DNA from: a virus
DNA: 64,000 nt
Strand: one strand, 5' to 3'
Virus record (IMG/VR): IMGVR_UViG_2675903591_000001
Span: 5,429 to 69,428 of that record
The notes under the pieces were generated by a model, which did no database searches, was not told the origin of the DNA, and was given only the letters and a program-made list of their open reading frames with translations. Of the stretch, positions 27,936 through 37,300 are shown piece by piece. Each line of letters begins with the position of its first letter. Position 1 is the stretch's first letter. The position numbers and the translations under genes were made by a program.

Positions 27936-28939
27936 TGTCATCAGCATTAATGAACCTTCTGAGCAAAGCTCGCGGCGACATCGCAGCTAAGCGTGGTAAC
28001 AACGTCGATATGGCTCGCCTGAAGGATGGCGATAACTACCTGCGTCTGTTCCCAAACAAAGACGATCCTGACGGCGTCTTCTATCAAACGTGGGGTATGC
28101 ACTTCGTTAAGTACCAGAACGACGAAGGCAAAGAAGCAACCACCGCCTACGTGTGTGATCAACACACCCATGGTCGTGCTTGCCAGCTGTGCGAAATGGT
28201 GATGGAAGGTAAAGCTCGTCACAAAGGCAACAAAGCAATGGAAGACCGCATTCAGGCAATGCGCGCCACTCCACGCTATCTGGTTAACGGCGTACTTTCT
28301 GCTCGTGAAGATTTCGCTGATGCGAAAGAAACCCAGCTGATTGAACTGCCAGCAACCGTGTTCGATGACATTCTGAAAGTTATCGGCGAAGACCTTTCCG
28401 ATGAAATTGGTAACCCGCTGAGCAAAACTGAAGGCTATGCGTTCTGCATTACCCGTACCGGTTCTGGTCGCGACACCAAATACAGCGTCTCTCCTAAGCG
28501 CAAAGTCTTCAAAGGCAACATCGAAGACAAGTTCTGGAACAAGCAGCATGACCTGATTGCTTTCGCAAACCAGGCTGACGAAACCAAATTGCTGGCTACC
28601 ACGCGTCACATGAGCCGTCAGATTGGAATCGCTGCACCTTCTGCGATTGCCGCTGTTAAATCAACAACCACCTCAGCAGCAGCACTGCCAGGTTTCGGCT
28701 CCATCACCGGCCACGACGACGCCCCAGCGACTACTCACGGTGCAGCAGCTGTTGCGCGTGAAGAGACCCCGGCGCCTTCGTCCATCGTTGATGAAGAAGT
28801 TGCTCGTGCGGTTGAAGCTGAGTTCGTGCCAGAAGCTGAAAAAGTTTCTGAACCAGTGGCGGCAACGCCAGCGGCAGAAGCACCTGCAGCAGCAGACCCG
28901 GCACTGGATTCACTTCTGGCTGAGCTGGAAGGTCTGTAA
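27936..28939 (+). CDS. single-stranded DNA-binding protein, T4 gp32-like, with an acidic Ala/Pro/Glu-rich C-terminal tail
   Basis: YLRLFPNKDDPDGVF resembles the gp32 IRFLPSKNDEQAPF region; Cys/His zinc site CDQHTHGRACQLC; Ala/Pro/Glu-rich acidic tail; biased codon usage. Confidence 0.55.
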
Positions 28940-28957
28940 TCGTCGAATAGACGGAAA

Positions 28958-28986
28958 GAAGGCGTCTTCGGACGCCTTACTTTTTG
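28958..28986 (+). terminator. terminator AAGGCGTC-TTCG-GACGCCTT plus T-run (same stem as at 57652)
   Basis: perfect stem, TTCG loop, ACTTTTT. Confidence 0.6.
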
Positions 28987-28999
28987 GAAGGAGCATACC

Positions 29000-29950
29000 T
29001 TGAACTACTTATTCGTCGATGGTAACAGCCTCGGCTACTACCACCAGCAGCAGAAAGAGAAACTTCACAACGGTGAAATGGAAGTGCAGGCGATTTTTGG
29101 CTTCGTCAAAAACGTTCGTCGTTATGCCTCTATCCTTCGCGCGCGGCCAATTGTCTTTTGGGACGGATTCAGCGATCGCCGCCGTTCGTTTTACCCAGAG
29201 TACAAAGCCAACCGAGACGACAACCCAGAAATGCTGAAGATGAAAGAAGGCTTTTCCAAGCAAAAGCCTTACATCGTCAACATGATGAAAGTGCTGGGCG
29301 TAAACCAGTTCACGGCCAAAGATGGCGAAGCTGATGATCTGGCCGGCATGTTCGTTGAGAAGTTAGTTGATTCACCTGCAGTTGAACACATCTATTTGCT
29401 CACTGGCGATCAGGACTGGCTTCAGCTGGTTAGCGAAAAGGTTACATGGGTGACAGTACGAGCCGACGCCCAGCATAAACAGATCAACTTCGAGCAGTTT
29501 TCGGAGCTTACTGGCTATGCAACTCCCCGCGGCTTTCTCGAAGGCAAAGCACTCCAGGGCGACAAGTCCGACAATATTGCTGCTGTAGGTGGCATTGGTG
29601 ACGGTGGCGCCAAGGAGATTATTGCGGAGTACGGCAGCGTTGTAACGATGGTGCGGGGCATTATGGGCGGCAGCATTGTCATCGACAAAGGTCGCCATAA
29701 AACAGCATTCAACAACCTGGCCAAGAACGCTTTCAACGAGAAAACCAAATGTCGGATGCTCGAAACCTTCAAGCGCAACATGTCACTGATGAACCTCATC
29801 AAAACTCAATTCCCACCGACTGTAATCGAGCCAGTAAAAGCTGAGCGCGACCAGAAAGCATTTGAGCAAATGTGCCTGGAGCTTAACTTCCGGTCGTTCC
29901 TTGAAGATATGGACGTGTTCAAGCTGCCATTTGAAAGGTACTGCGCATGA
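29000..29950 (+). CDS. 5'-3' exonuclease / flap endonuclease (T4 RNase H / T5 D15 / Pol I N-domain family)
   Basis: N-terminal LFVDGNSLGYY; helix-3-turn-helix GDKSDNIAAVGGIGDGGAKEII; TTG start 6 nt after GGAAGGAG. Confidence 0.85.
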   Translation: MNYLFVDGNSLGYYHQQQKEKLHNGEMEVQAIFGFVKNVRRYASILRARPIVFWDGFSDRRRSFYPEYKANRDDNPEMLKMKEGFSKQKPYIVNMMKVLGVNQFTAKDGEADDLAGMFVEKLVDSPAVEHIYLLTGDQDWLQLVSEKVTWVTVRADAQHKQINFEQFSELTGYATPRGFLEGKALQGDKSDNIAAVGGIGDGGAKEIIAEYGSVVTMVRGIMGGSIVIDKGRHKTAFNNLAKNAFNEKTKCRMLETFKRNMSLMNLIKTQFPPTVIEPVKAERDQKAFEQMCLELNFRSFLEDMDVFKLPFERYCA

Positions 29951-30207
29951 TCCGCTCTTTGTTCACCGGACACCCATCAACCTACACCGCGCTGGCCAAA
30001 GAGGTCGTTTTCCTTCATGGGGAAAGCGCAGTGACCTGTCTGCCAACAATTCTGTCACGCGCCGGGATGAGCGTTACCAAACGCGAGCTGGGGCAGGTTT
30101 CAGATCAGGTTGTGAAAATGCTTTCACGCGTAAAGAAAAACCTTAATTGCGACTCGATTGAGTGGAACGAGGCGAAAGCCGCAGAACGTATAAAACCACA
30201 AGGATAA
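29947..30207 (+). CDS. hypothetical small protein (86 aa)
   Basis: ATGA-coupled. Confidence 0.4.
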   Translation: MIRSLFTGHPSTYTALAKEVVFLHGESAVTCLPTILSRAGMSVTKRELGQVSDQVVKMLSRVKKNLNCDSIEWNEAKAAERIKPQG

Positions 30208-30212
30208 AACAC

Positions 30213-31289
30213 ATGGCTAAATCAAAACTCGCTCAGGCGCTGAATAAAGCGATGGGCAAAAACGACACTATCCAGAAAGTCGAGCAGTGGCTCGATACCG
30301 GATATGCCCCGCTGAATCGCGCCATTTCTGGCCGCTACGATGGCGGTATGCCAGCTGGTCGGATCGTTGAGATCTTCGGTCCACCTTCTGCCGGCAAAAC
30401 GTTTCTCGCCACCAGAGCGATGATTGCTGCTCAGCGTATGGGTGGCGTTGCAGCCTTCTTTGACCACGAAAACAGCTTTGATGTTGGCCTGGCGGTGGGT
30501 ATGGGATTAGATGCTGACGAAGATGAAGGGTTTTGGGTGTACAAGCAGCCAAACACCTTCGAGGACTCAGTGGAAAACATCGGCATCCTGCTTAACACCA
30601 TCCGTAGCAACGAGCTGATTCCCAAAGATGCGCCGATCGTCATCGTGACCGACTCCCTGGCATCAATGGTGCCGCGCTCGAAAGCAGAGAAGTTCACCAA
30701 GATGGCTGAAGGCACTGCGAAGGATAAAGACGAGCTGAACATGAACGACAACACAGCTCTGGCGCGCGCAACATCAGCGAACTTCCCTACCCTTGCCCAA
30801 TGGTGCCGCCAGTACAACTGTCTTCTGATCGTGCTCAACCAGGTGCGTACCAAGATTGGCGTGATGTTTGGCGATCCGACCACTTCACCCGGTGGTGATT
30901 CACCGAAGTTCTACGCTTCTGTGCGCATCCGTTTGGGTGCAAGCCAGCTGAAGGATGGCAAAGAGAAGATCGGCCAGTGTGTTGGTGCTGAAGTCGTTAA
31001 AAACAAAGTGGCGCCGCCATTCGAGAAATGCAGCTGGAATTTCTATTACGACACTAACCGCGGCCTCGATGTGGTGGAGTCACTGGTTGAGCATATGCTT
31101 GAAGAAGGCTTGCTACCAAAGAATTCTTCTGGCCGCGTTGAGATTGGCGATAAGAAATACACCAAATCTCAGATCGTCGATATGTACCGCCAAAAGCCGA
31201 TGGAAGAAATCGTTGCGGCGCTGGCCAAGATCGACAGCGATAAGCGCGCCAAAGTTGAGGCCGCGAAAGAGACCGCTGAAGTAGAGTAA
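30213..31289 (+). CDS. RecA/UvsX-family recombinase
   Basis: Walker A EIFGPPSAGKT and Walker B IVIVTDSLAS; canonical ATAAAACACATG start. Confidence 0.8.
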   Translation: MAKSKLAQALNKAMGKNDTIQKVEQWLDTGYAPLNRAISGRYDGGMPAGRIVEIFGPPSAGKTFLATRAMIAAQRMGGVAAFFDHENSFDVGLAVGMGLDADEDEGFWVYKQPNTFEDSVENIGILLNTIRSNELIPKDAPIVIVTDSLASMVPRSKAEKFTKMAEGTAKDKDELNMNDNTALARATSANFPTLAQWCRQYNCLLIVLNQVRTKIGVMFGDPTTSPGGDSPKFYASVRIRLGASQLKDGKEKIGQCVGAEVVKNKVAPPFEKCSWNFYYDTNRGLDVVESLVEHMLEEGLLPKNSSGRVEIGDKKYTKSQIVDMYRQKPMEEIVAALAKIDSDKRAKVEAAKETAEVE

Positions 31290-31314
31290 TAAGGCTAACA
31301 AATAGCCATTTAAT

Positions 31315-31344
31315 CGAGGGGTGCTAACGCACCCCTTCTTTTTT
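31315..31344 (+). terminator. terminator GAGGGGTGC-TAAC-GCACCCCTTC plus T-run
   Basis: GC stem with TTTTTT. Confidence 0.65.
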
Positions 31345-31361
31345 GATTGCAATTAGGTAGG
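31344..31361. repeat. TAGGTAGG-TA-ACTACCTA palindrome family member
   Basis: one mismatch from perfect; 45 bp upstream of the 31407 gene. Confidence 0.55.
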
Positions 31362-31406
31362 TAACTACCTATTTTATATAAGCACTATAAAACATCGGAA
31401 AAACAC

Positions 31407-31595
31407 ATGATTAAGTTCTACACCTTCACAATTGGAGTGATTGCATCTGCCTTAGAGGTGTATCGATTCATTGTGCCAGCACTGTTCTCACTGAGTGATG
31501 ATTTCGCCATGGTTTTGGCCGTTGTTATCGCTCTTTCTTATCCGGTCGCCCTGGTGACCATTTCTAAAAATGTATGGAAACGCAAAAAGAAATGA
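31407..31595 (+). CDS. small membrane protein (62 aa)
   Basis: two hydrophobic helices; ends in basic KRKKK. Confidence 0.4.
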   Translation: MIKFYTFTIGVIASALEVYRFIVPALFSLSDDFAMVLAVVIALSYPVALVTISKNVWKRKKK

Positions 31596-32437
31596 AAAAG
31601 GTAATTGTCGCGCTGCTATTAGCAGCATCCGCATTCACGCTGACAGGGTGTGATCGTGAAACCGTACCTGCGGGCTACGTTGGTGTGAAAGTCGATCTGT
31701 ATGGCACTGAGAAGGGCGTACAGCAGCAGGTTGTTGGTGTTGGCCGCTACTGGCTGACCATTAACGAAGAGCTGTACAAGTTCCCAACATTTAACCAGCT
31801 GCACACGTATCAAGACCCGTTCGTCTTCCAGACTTCGGACAGCATGACCATCTCCGCGCATGTTGGCGTTGAGTACGCTGTCGAGCCTGACAAGGTGGCC
31901 AAAGTCTTCCAGACGTACCGCAAAGGCGTTGATGACATTACCACCAGCAATCTACGTCAGAACATCTCGGACGCACTGATTAAGCACTCCACCGACATGA
32001 ACATAACTCAGCTGGCTGCCGGTGGAAAAACCAAGCTGCTCGATGAAGTGACCAAGGATCTGCGCGCCGGTCTTGAGCCTATTGGCATTCACATTGTGAA
32101 ACTGAGCTGGACGACTGACCTGGATTATCCAAAGCAGGTTAAAGACTCCATTAACGCTAAGATCGAAGCAAACCAAAAAGCAGCGCGGGTAGAGAACGAA
32201 GTCGCTCAATCTAAAGCTGAAGCCCAAAAGGCTATCGAGTTGGCGCGAGGTGAAGCCGAATCCAATCGCATTCGTGCTGAAGCGGAGGCTAACGCTATCA
32301 CCCTGCGCGGCCAGGCGCTTCGTAGTAATCCTGAAGTGCTGCAACTGGAGGCGATCAATCGCTGGGATGGTAAGACGCCGGTTTATGTCGCTGGAGGCGG
32401 CAACAGCGCCCCACCATTCGTACAGTTCAAGCCGTAA
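31574..32437 (+). CDS. SPFH/band-7 (prohibitin/HflC-like) lipoprotein
   Basis: signal peptide with lipobox LTGC; HflK/C-like helical AEAxAxA C-terminus. Confidence 0.6.
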   Translation: METQKEMKKVIVALLLAASAFTLTGCDRETVPAGYVGVKVDLYGTEKGVQQQVVGVGRYWLTINEELYKFPTFNQLHTYQDPFVFQTSDSMTISAHVGVEYAVEPDKVAKVFQTYRKGVDDITTSNLRQNISDALIKHSTDMNITQLAAGGKTKLLDEVTKDLRAGLEPIGIHIVKLSWTTDLDYPKQVKDSINAKIEANQKAARVENEVAQSKAEAQKAIELARGEAESNRIRAEAEANAITLRGQALRSNPEVLQLEAINRWDGKTPVYVAGGGNSAPPFVQFKP

Positions 32438-32444
32438 CAAACAC

Positions 32445-32470
32445 AAGGCGTCCAGTTGGACGCCTTTTTC
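32445..32470 (+). terminator. terminator AAGGCGTCC-AGTT-GGACGCCTTTTTC
   Basis: GC stem with a T-run. Confidence 0.6.
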
Positions 32471-32512
32471 TTTCTGTCATTATGACCCATAAGAAAACAA
32501 CTTGTTTGCTGA

Positions 32513-32755
32513 GTGAATATGAAATTCAAACACATACCTCTTATTGACGTTACAACGCCCCGCTCTTTTCGGATCGCGATAGTTGACTGCTATTGGCTGA
32601 CCAAGGGAGAGAACGTTGTAACTAATGAGCGTTACGGGAACTACATGTACAACTCAGACAGGCGCGTTGTGGAGCGAGTATTCGAACGTCACATTCAAGA
32701 GGATGGTTACAGTGTCACACATATCCCCCTCGCGTTTATTGAAAGGAGAGATTAA
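32513..32755 (+). CDS. hypothetical small protein
   Basis: ORF. Confidence 0.4.
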   Translation: MNMKFKHIPLIDVTTPRSFRIAIVDCYWLTKGENVVTNERYGNYMYNSDRRVVERVFERHIQEDGYSVTHIPLAFIERRD

Positions 32756-33457
32756 GTGTCTTTTGCATTAGAACCCATTGAACCAGAAATGACCCAGGTT
32801 CGGGGCGATAACGTTTCAAATCACCCTGCTTTTGGGATGGTTTCAGTAAACCGCATCCACTCAACCGGCACGACCTTATTCGCTTCTGACCTTCGCCATG
32901 CTGAAATCATAGAGCTGGAGATCTACGAAGGCCAGATGGTTGAAAGGGATGGTGTGCAAAACCCGGCGCGCGCTACACGACGCCCTATAACATCCATCAG
33001 CCTCAGTTCAGCTCAATGGGCGACTCTGGTTTGCAGCTTTGGCCTCGGCGAAGGTGTTCCATGTACGCTCAATCGCACTAAGACCGGCGATAGCGTTCGC
33101 ATCCCTCCCATCAAACGGATGGAGTCCACACGTCAGCGATTTGACCGGAACATTGAAGAAGCAGCCCAGCGCCAGCTGGGAAACCTTGCTGAAGATCTGC
33201 AATCCCTCAGAACTTTAATGGCCAAGGGAAAAGCCGGTAAGCGCGAGCTGGAAGAATTGTACCGTTCAATGTCTGCCCATCTGGGCAACCTGCCTAAAAA
33301 CCTATCGTTCTCAACCCAACTAATCCAAGAGTCGATGGACAGCATTGTGTCGGCCGGAAAAGCCGAATTAGAAGCGTCAGCCGTTGGCGTGGCACTTCGC
33401 CTGGGGATCAAAGAAATTGGCCGCCTGGCCGAACTGGAGAACAAAACTGATGAGTAA
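32756..33457 (+). CDS. hypothetical protein (233 aa, GTG start)
   Basis: ORF. Confidence 0.45.
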   Translation: MSFALEPIEPEMTQVRGDNVSNHPAFGMVSVNRIHSTGTTLFASDLRHAEIIELEIYEGQMVERDGVQNPARATRRPITSISLSSAQWATLVCSFGLGEGVPCTLNRTKTGDSVRIPPIKRMESTRQRFDRNIEEAAQRQLGNLAEDLQSLRTLMAKGKAGKRELEELYRSMSAHLGNLPKNLSFSTQLIQESMDSIVSAGKAELEASAVGVALRLGIKEIGRLAELENKTDE

Positions 33458-33806
33458 CATCGAAGGTATCAAATGGGTGGCTGATGGTGAGCCGAATTTC
33501 TACACGCTGCTTTCAGACAAGAACTGGTTCGGGAAACTCCAGCTGAACGGAGAGATGCACCCCGTCGCGCAGGAGAAGTTTTTAAATGCCCTGTTCCCAC
33601 ACTTGAAAGAAGAGGCGAGTAAGTCAGCAACGCCGCTCACACCGGTAAAAATCATCGAAATCATGATCGATTGGCTGGAGTGCAATGTGGATATGGGCAC
33701 ACCGATCATCTTTGACAATGATGATGACAACACTGATTCGGCAAAAGCCTTACCAGCTATGTACGAAGCGCTGCGCGTTCTTAGAGGTATAGGGGGGCAA
33801 TCTTGA
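33450..33806 (+). CDS. hypothetical protein (118 aa from MSNIEGIK)
   Basis: ATGA-coupled. Confidence 0.45.
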   Translation: MSNIEGIKWVADGEPNFYTLLSDKNWFGKLQLNGEMHPVAQEKFLNALFPHLKEEASKSATPLTPVKIIEIMIDWLECNVDMGTPIIFDNDDDNTDSAKALPAMYEALRVLRGIGGQS

Positions 33807-34146
33807 CTGTTGTATGCGAAAGCGTGTGGCCGGGTGTCGATTGGTTTACTCCGGGTAAGGAGTATAGCGGTGTGTCAGATTCTGATGGCCAGGCGCTGCA
33901 TACCACTGACGACTTTGGTGACGATGCCCTGATCTTCATTGACCACTCTCATCACGGCATCTTCAAAACCAAGAAGGATTAACTGATGGTAAGCCAGCAG
34001 AAAGATGAGAAGGCAGCTGAGCGCCAGAGATGGATTGCGGAAGGTGTAGAACTCGCCATAAGACACCTTGAAAGCTCTGACTTTGGTGAAGAAAACGACA
34101 TTCGCCTACTTCGCGAATTGTCTTTGCAACTCAAAAAGGAAATGCC

Positions 34147-34593
34147 ATGACCAGTAAACCAAAGGGAAGCGCTCTGACAGCGCTTTACAGCGCTTCAAAC
34201 GCTGCGCTTGATGAAGTAGACCAGTTAAGAGCGGATGGCTTCCCGCAGCCATTGTGGGCTGAATCCATGCGCACTGCGATTAGCGAAATGGGCGCCCCCG
34301 ATGTGGCTGAGAATGAGCAGCCCTGGCAAAAGCTGATCCGCGTGTATGCCGAAGAGATTGGGCCTACACCAGAACCAGAACAGGCATTGCTGCTGAAGCT
34401 GTTCAAGGAGGCAGGTGAGAACTTACCAATTTGGCCAGGCACTTGCCACGAGATTTTTCATTCGCAATTTAGAAAGATCGACATCTTTGAAAATTCAGTA
34501 GATGGCAAAGAGGCGATCGTCTGGTTCCTCCTTCACCTGGATGATTACTTCCCCCGAGTAGCCGCGAAGATGTGGCCTGTAGATAACAATTAA
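34147..34593 (+). CDS. hypothetical protein (148 aa)
   Basis: ORF. Confidence 0.45.
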   Translation: MTSKPKGSALTALYSASNAALDEVDQLRADGFPQPLWAESMRTAISEMGAPDVAENEQPWQKLIRVYAEEIGPTPEPEQALLLKLFKEAGENLPIWPGTCHEIFHSQFRKIDIFENSVDGKEAIVWFLLHLDDYFPRVAAKMWPVDNN

Positions 34594-34653
34594 TCGCCTA
34601 TTTAAGTCAGATATAATTAAGTAACCAACAACTTATAATAAGGGTATAAACAC

Positions 34654-34923
34654 ATGAAAACGCTTGTCAGAATCCACTCAAGTTGTGATTTCTCAGTCTT
34701 CCCTCTGTTCATTGTTGAAGCAGAGAATGAGGAACTGATGGACGAGGCCATTGAACGCGCTATTAACAAATGCACCGGCTATGACGATGACCAGATAACC
34801 ATCGACGAGAGCAATGTACGCTGGCGCGGCAGCCAATGTTGGTATCAGGAAGATACCCAACCGCTCTCCAATGAGGATGCAGAAACACTGGTGAGGATCT
34901 TATCGTTAGAAACCTACAGCTAA
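34654..34923 (+). CDS. hypothetical small protein
   Basis: ATAAACACATG start context. Confidence 0.45.
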   Translation: MKTLVRIHSSCDFSVFPLFIVEAENEELMDEAIERAINKCTGYDDDQITIDESNVRWRGSQCWYQEDTQPLSNEDAETLVRILSLETYS

Positions 34924-35124
34924 CGCTTTCCTTACATTTCGAAAATAGGTTACTATCTACCTATCTTATGGAGTTCGCATGACAGTAGCTTTGCAATTAA
35001 CCTCTCTCCTTCTGGTAGTTTTATGCCGTCAGATGAAGAAAGCCTTCGAGCCAATGCCCGGGCGCGTTTATTACGCCTTCATGCTCAGCACCGCATTATT
35101 CATGTTCCTGTCGCCGGTGCTGAA

Positions 35125-35490
35125 ATGAAACGGATCTCGTTAATCGCATTATTGATGCTTCCCACTTTAGCCCAGGCTAATAGCCTGAAAACGTTGCAGT
35201 GTCACGCTGCCATCGTTCATTCAGCTGGAGAGCGAATCACTGGAGTTTCAGAGCGGATGACCGGTGCGCTGGTCGTTGACAGCGGTATGGAGTTTTACGC
35301 GCTGCTCGGCTCTACGATTTACAAGTCTCCCCCGCTGAAATCGCGGAAGAAGATGAAATTTGGTGTTGGCTCGGATGGCCAGACCTTTATTAAAAAGGAT
35401 GCCGTGTACAGCGTGTCTTCTCAGGACACCAGTATCATATTTGACGAGTGTTCCGAGGTTAGTAATGATTTACACCATGCAGAAAAGTGA
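35125..35490 (+). CDS. secreted small protein (signal peptide MKRISLIALLMLPTLAQA)
   Basis: classical Sec signal with AQA-N cleavage site. Confidence 0.45.
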   Translation: MKRISLIALLMLPTLAQANSLKTLQCHAAIVHSAGERITGVSERMTGALVVDSGMEFYALLGSTIYKSPPLKSRKKMKFGVGSDGQTFIKKDAVYSVSSQDTSIIFDECSEVSNDLHHAEK

Positions 35491-35721
35491 GATCCAAAAA
35501 GAGAGCGGTTACTGGCGCGCAAAGGGCTTTAAGCGTGAAGGGAACGAAGAGCTTCTGGATCGCTGGGACTGCACCATCACCTTCAAGCGCAAGCAGTGGC
35601 AGCACTTTGATAAGCTGAAAAACGAAATGACGATCACCGCACCAACACTCTTTGGGCTTCTTAAGAAAATCATCTAATTGGTTATCAAGAATTGACTGAG
35701 GTATGTGGCTTTTACATACCG

Positions 35722-35950
35722 CAGTCAATGGCGTTTGCCGAAGTACGCAACTCTACATACCGCAGTCAAGAAATCACATATTCTGGTTGGTTCAGGGTGG
35801 TTTTCATTGACTGCGGTATGCGTATTACGTATCGCAGTCAAGATGGGATGTGAGACGCATATCTCAGTGAAGATTGCATACCGCAGTCAATATTACATAC
35901 CGCAGCAAACAAACCGCATATCGCAGTCAATAAACTGCATACCTCAGTCA
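35722..35950. repeat. iteron array, 9 copies (consensus ACATACCGCAGTCAA, one inverted), downstream of repA; equivalent to the incA copy-number control locus
   Basis: copies near 35725, 35756, 35800 (inverted), 35827, 35861, 35879, 35896, 35914 and 35935. Confidence 0.75.
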
Positions 35951-36967
35951 ATTTTCGGGTTTGGATTTAGCGAGAGCTTCTGCCAGTTTGACGGGATCTA
36001 TACCTGCAGTTTTCAAAGCCTTAATGACTTCGTCGTAGTTCTCTTCTGACGGCGGCTGCTCTTCAACCTTTTGTTTAGGCAGCTTAGAAGTCTGGATCAG
36101 CTTCGGATTGCGGTAGTGAACGACGAAGAAGGTGGAGTTTCCGCGTTTAGTTTCAGTGTATTCGAGGTACCCGATTTCTTTCAGTTGCTCCATGGCCTTT
36201 CTAACAGTGTGATTTTGCGTGTAAACGCTTGAAGTCAGGTTAAGCCGGTCACGAAGGCGCTTCATCGAAATGGGAGCGTGGTTCTGGGGTAGACTTTCAA
36301 TGAAGGTGTATAGAGCCTGGGCTGATTCTTTACGTGGCAGTGCATCAATGGCTTTAAGTCGAAGCAGCACACGCCTGTCCATGTCATAGAGTTCGAAGAG
36401 TTTAGGCTCAGCTTCAATTTCAACAACGTTTTCAACGACATCGTATGAGGCTGATTTTACCAGGTGTGTCACCCACCCTTTCGTATCGTTCTGGAACTTA
36501 AGCGTTACGGATGCCAATTTAAACAGGGAGTTACTGATACGATCTCGCATCTTCTGGTTGGAGCGCCGGCTATCGAACCCACACATCTTAACGAACTCGA
36601 CAAACGTGAGCTTAAGCGCACTTCCCTGCACCCCATGCTCAGCCATTGAGCGAACGATCCCCAGCCATACCTTGAAATCAGTGTCCATATCCAAACGTGA
36701 CCCTGTAATTTTCACGTCGTTGTAGCCTTCGCTCTTGGCTATGGACAACTGGACAAGTTCTTCGGTCGCATCTGTGATATTTTTACGGTTAGTCTTGCTC
36801 TTACTCGTTGATTTCAGTGTAGGAACAAACAGGCCGAGACGCATGAGAGGAACCGGCTGAACAGTGCTGGAGCTGTTAATATCCAGTGAAACAATCTCAC
36901 CTGTCGATTTGTTTGTTTCTTCCAAATTCATCGGTAAGGTTTTGGATTTCTTGACCATTTCATGCAC
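35948..36967 (-). CDS. repA: iteron-binding replication initiator (RepA-like)
   Basis: 339-aa protein flanked on both sides by arrays of the same 15-19-bp repeat (5 upstream, 9 downstream), the P1 RepA/incC/incA architecture; call is by context. Confidence 0.65.
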   Translation of the reverse strand: MHEMVKKSKTLPMNLEETNKSTGEIVSLDINSSSTVQPVPLMRLGLFVPTLKSTSKSKTNRKNITDATEELVQLSIAKSEGYNDVKITGSRLDMDTDFKVWLGIVRSMAEHGVQGSALKLTFVEFVKMCGFDSRRSNQKMRDRISNSLFKLASVTLKFQNDTKGWVTHLVKSASYDVVENVVEIEAEPKLFELYDMDRRVLLRLKAIDALPRKESAQALYTFIESLPQNHAPISMKRLRDRLNLTSSVYTQNHTVRKAMEQLKEIGYLEYTETKRGNSTFFVVHYRNPKLIQTSKLPKQKVEEQPPSEENYDEVIKALKTAGIDPVKLAEALAKSKPEN

Positions 36968-36994
36968 CAGCAGTTGTTCACATGCCGTAAGTGT

Positions 36995-37105
36995 AACTGC
37001 ATATCTCAGTCAAGGTAAATACATACCGCAGTTAATGGATTTGCGTACCGCAGTTGGTAGGTTCACATGTCGCAGTCATGATTCTGCACACTACAGTCAA
37101 TATCG
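36995..37105. repeat. iteron array, 5 copies upstream of repA (origin core, incC-like)
   Basis: copies near 36998, 37020, 37043, 37063 and 37088, spaced about 21-23 bp apart. Confidence 0.75.
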
Positions 37106-37200
37106 ATCCTGTCTCAGCCCTGTGGTGGCGTGGGTTTGCGGCGATCGGGGATCTCTTTTGGATCTCCGTTGGGATCACTTTAGGATCAATTTATTGGATC
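37105..37200. promoter_or_regulatory. cluster of 8 GATC (Dam) sites in repeated GGATCNN heptamers next to the origin iterons; a weak DnaA-box-like TGTGGAAAT at 37207
   Basis: GATC at 37105, 37143, 37150, 37161, 37173, 37184, 37197 and others within about 95 bp; P1 oriR has a comparable GATC heptamer cluster. Confidence 0.6.
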
Positions 37201-37300
37201 GACACTGTGGAAATTGGGGATAAACAAAACAGGCAGTTACAGCCTAACGCCAAATTTATGCGCTACAGTCGCAAATATTTCCACCGGCAAGAGTAGACCA

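Noticed and set aside
35722-37105. Repeat arrays considered as a CRISPR array
   Set aside because: The repeats are 15-19 bp with irregular spacing and inverted copies, and there are no uniform spacers or cas genes. They flank a rep gene, which is typical of iterons
36864-37223. + strand ORF (119 aa) over the origin
   Set aside because: It lies entirely within the iteron array and GATC cluster. Its composition is driven by the repeats, and it has no start context
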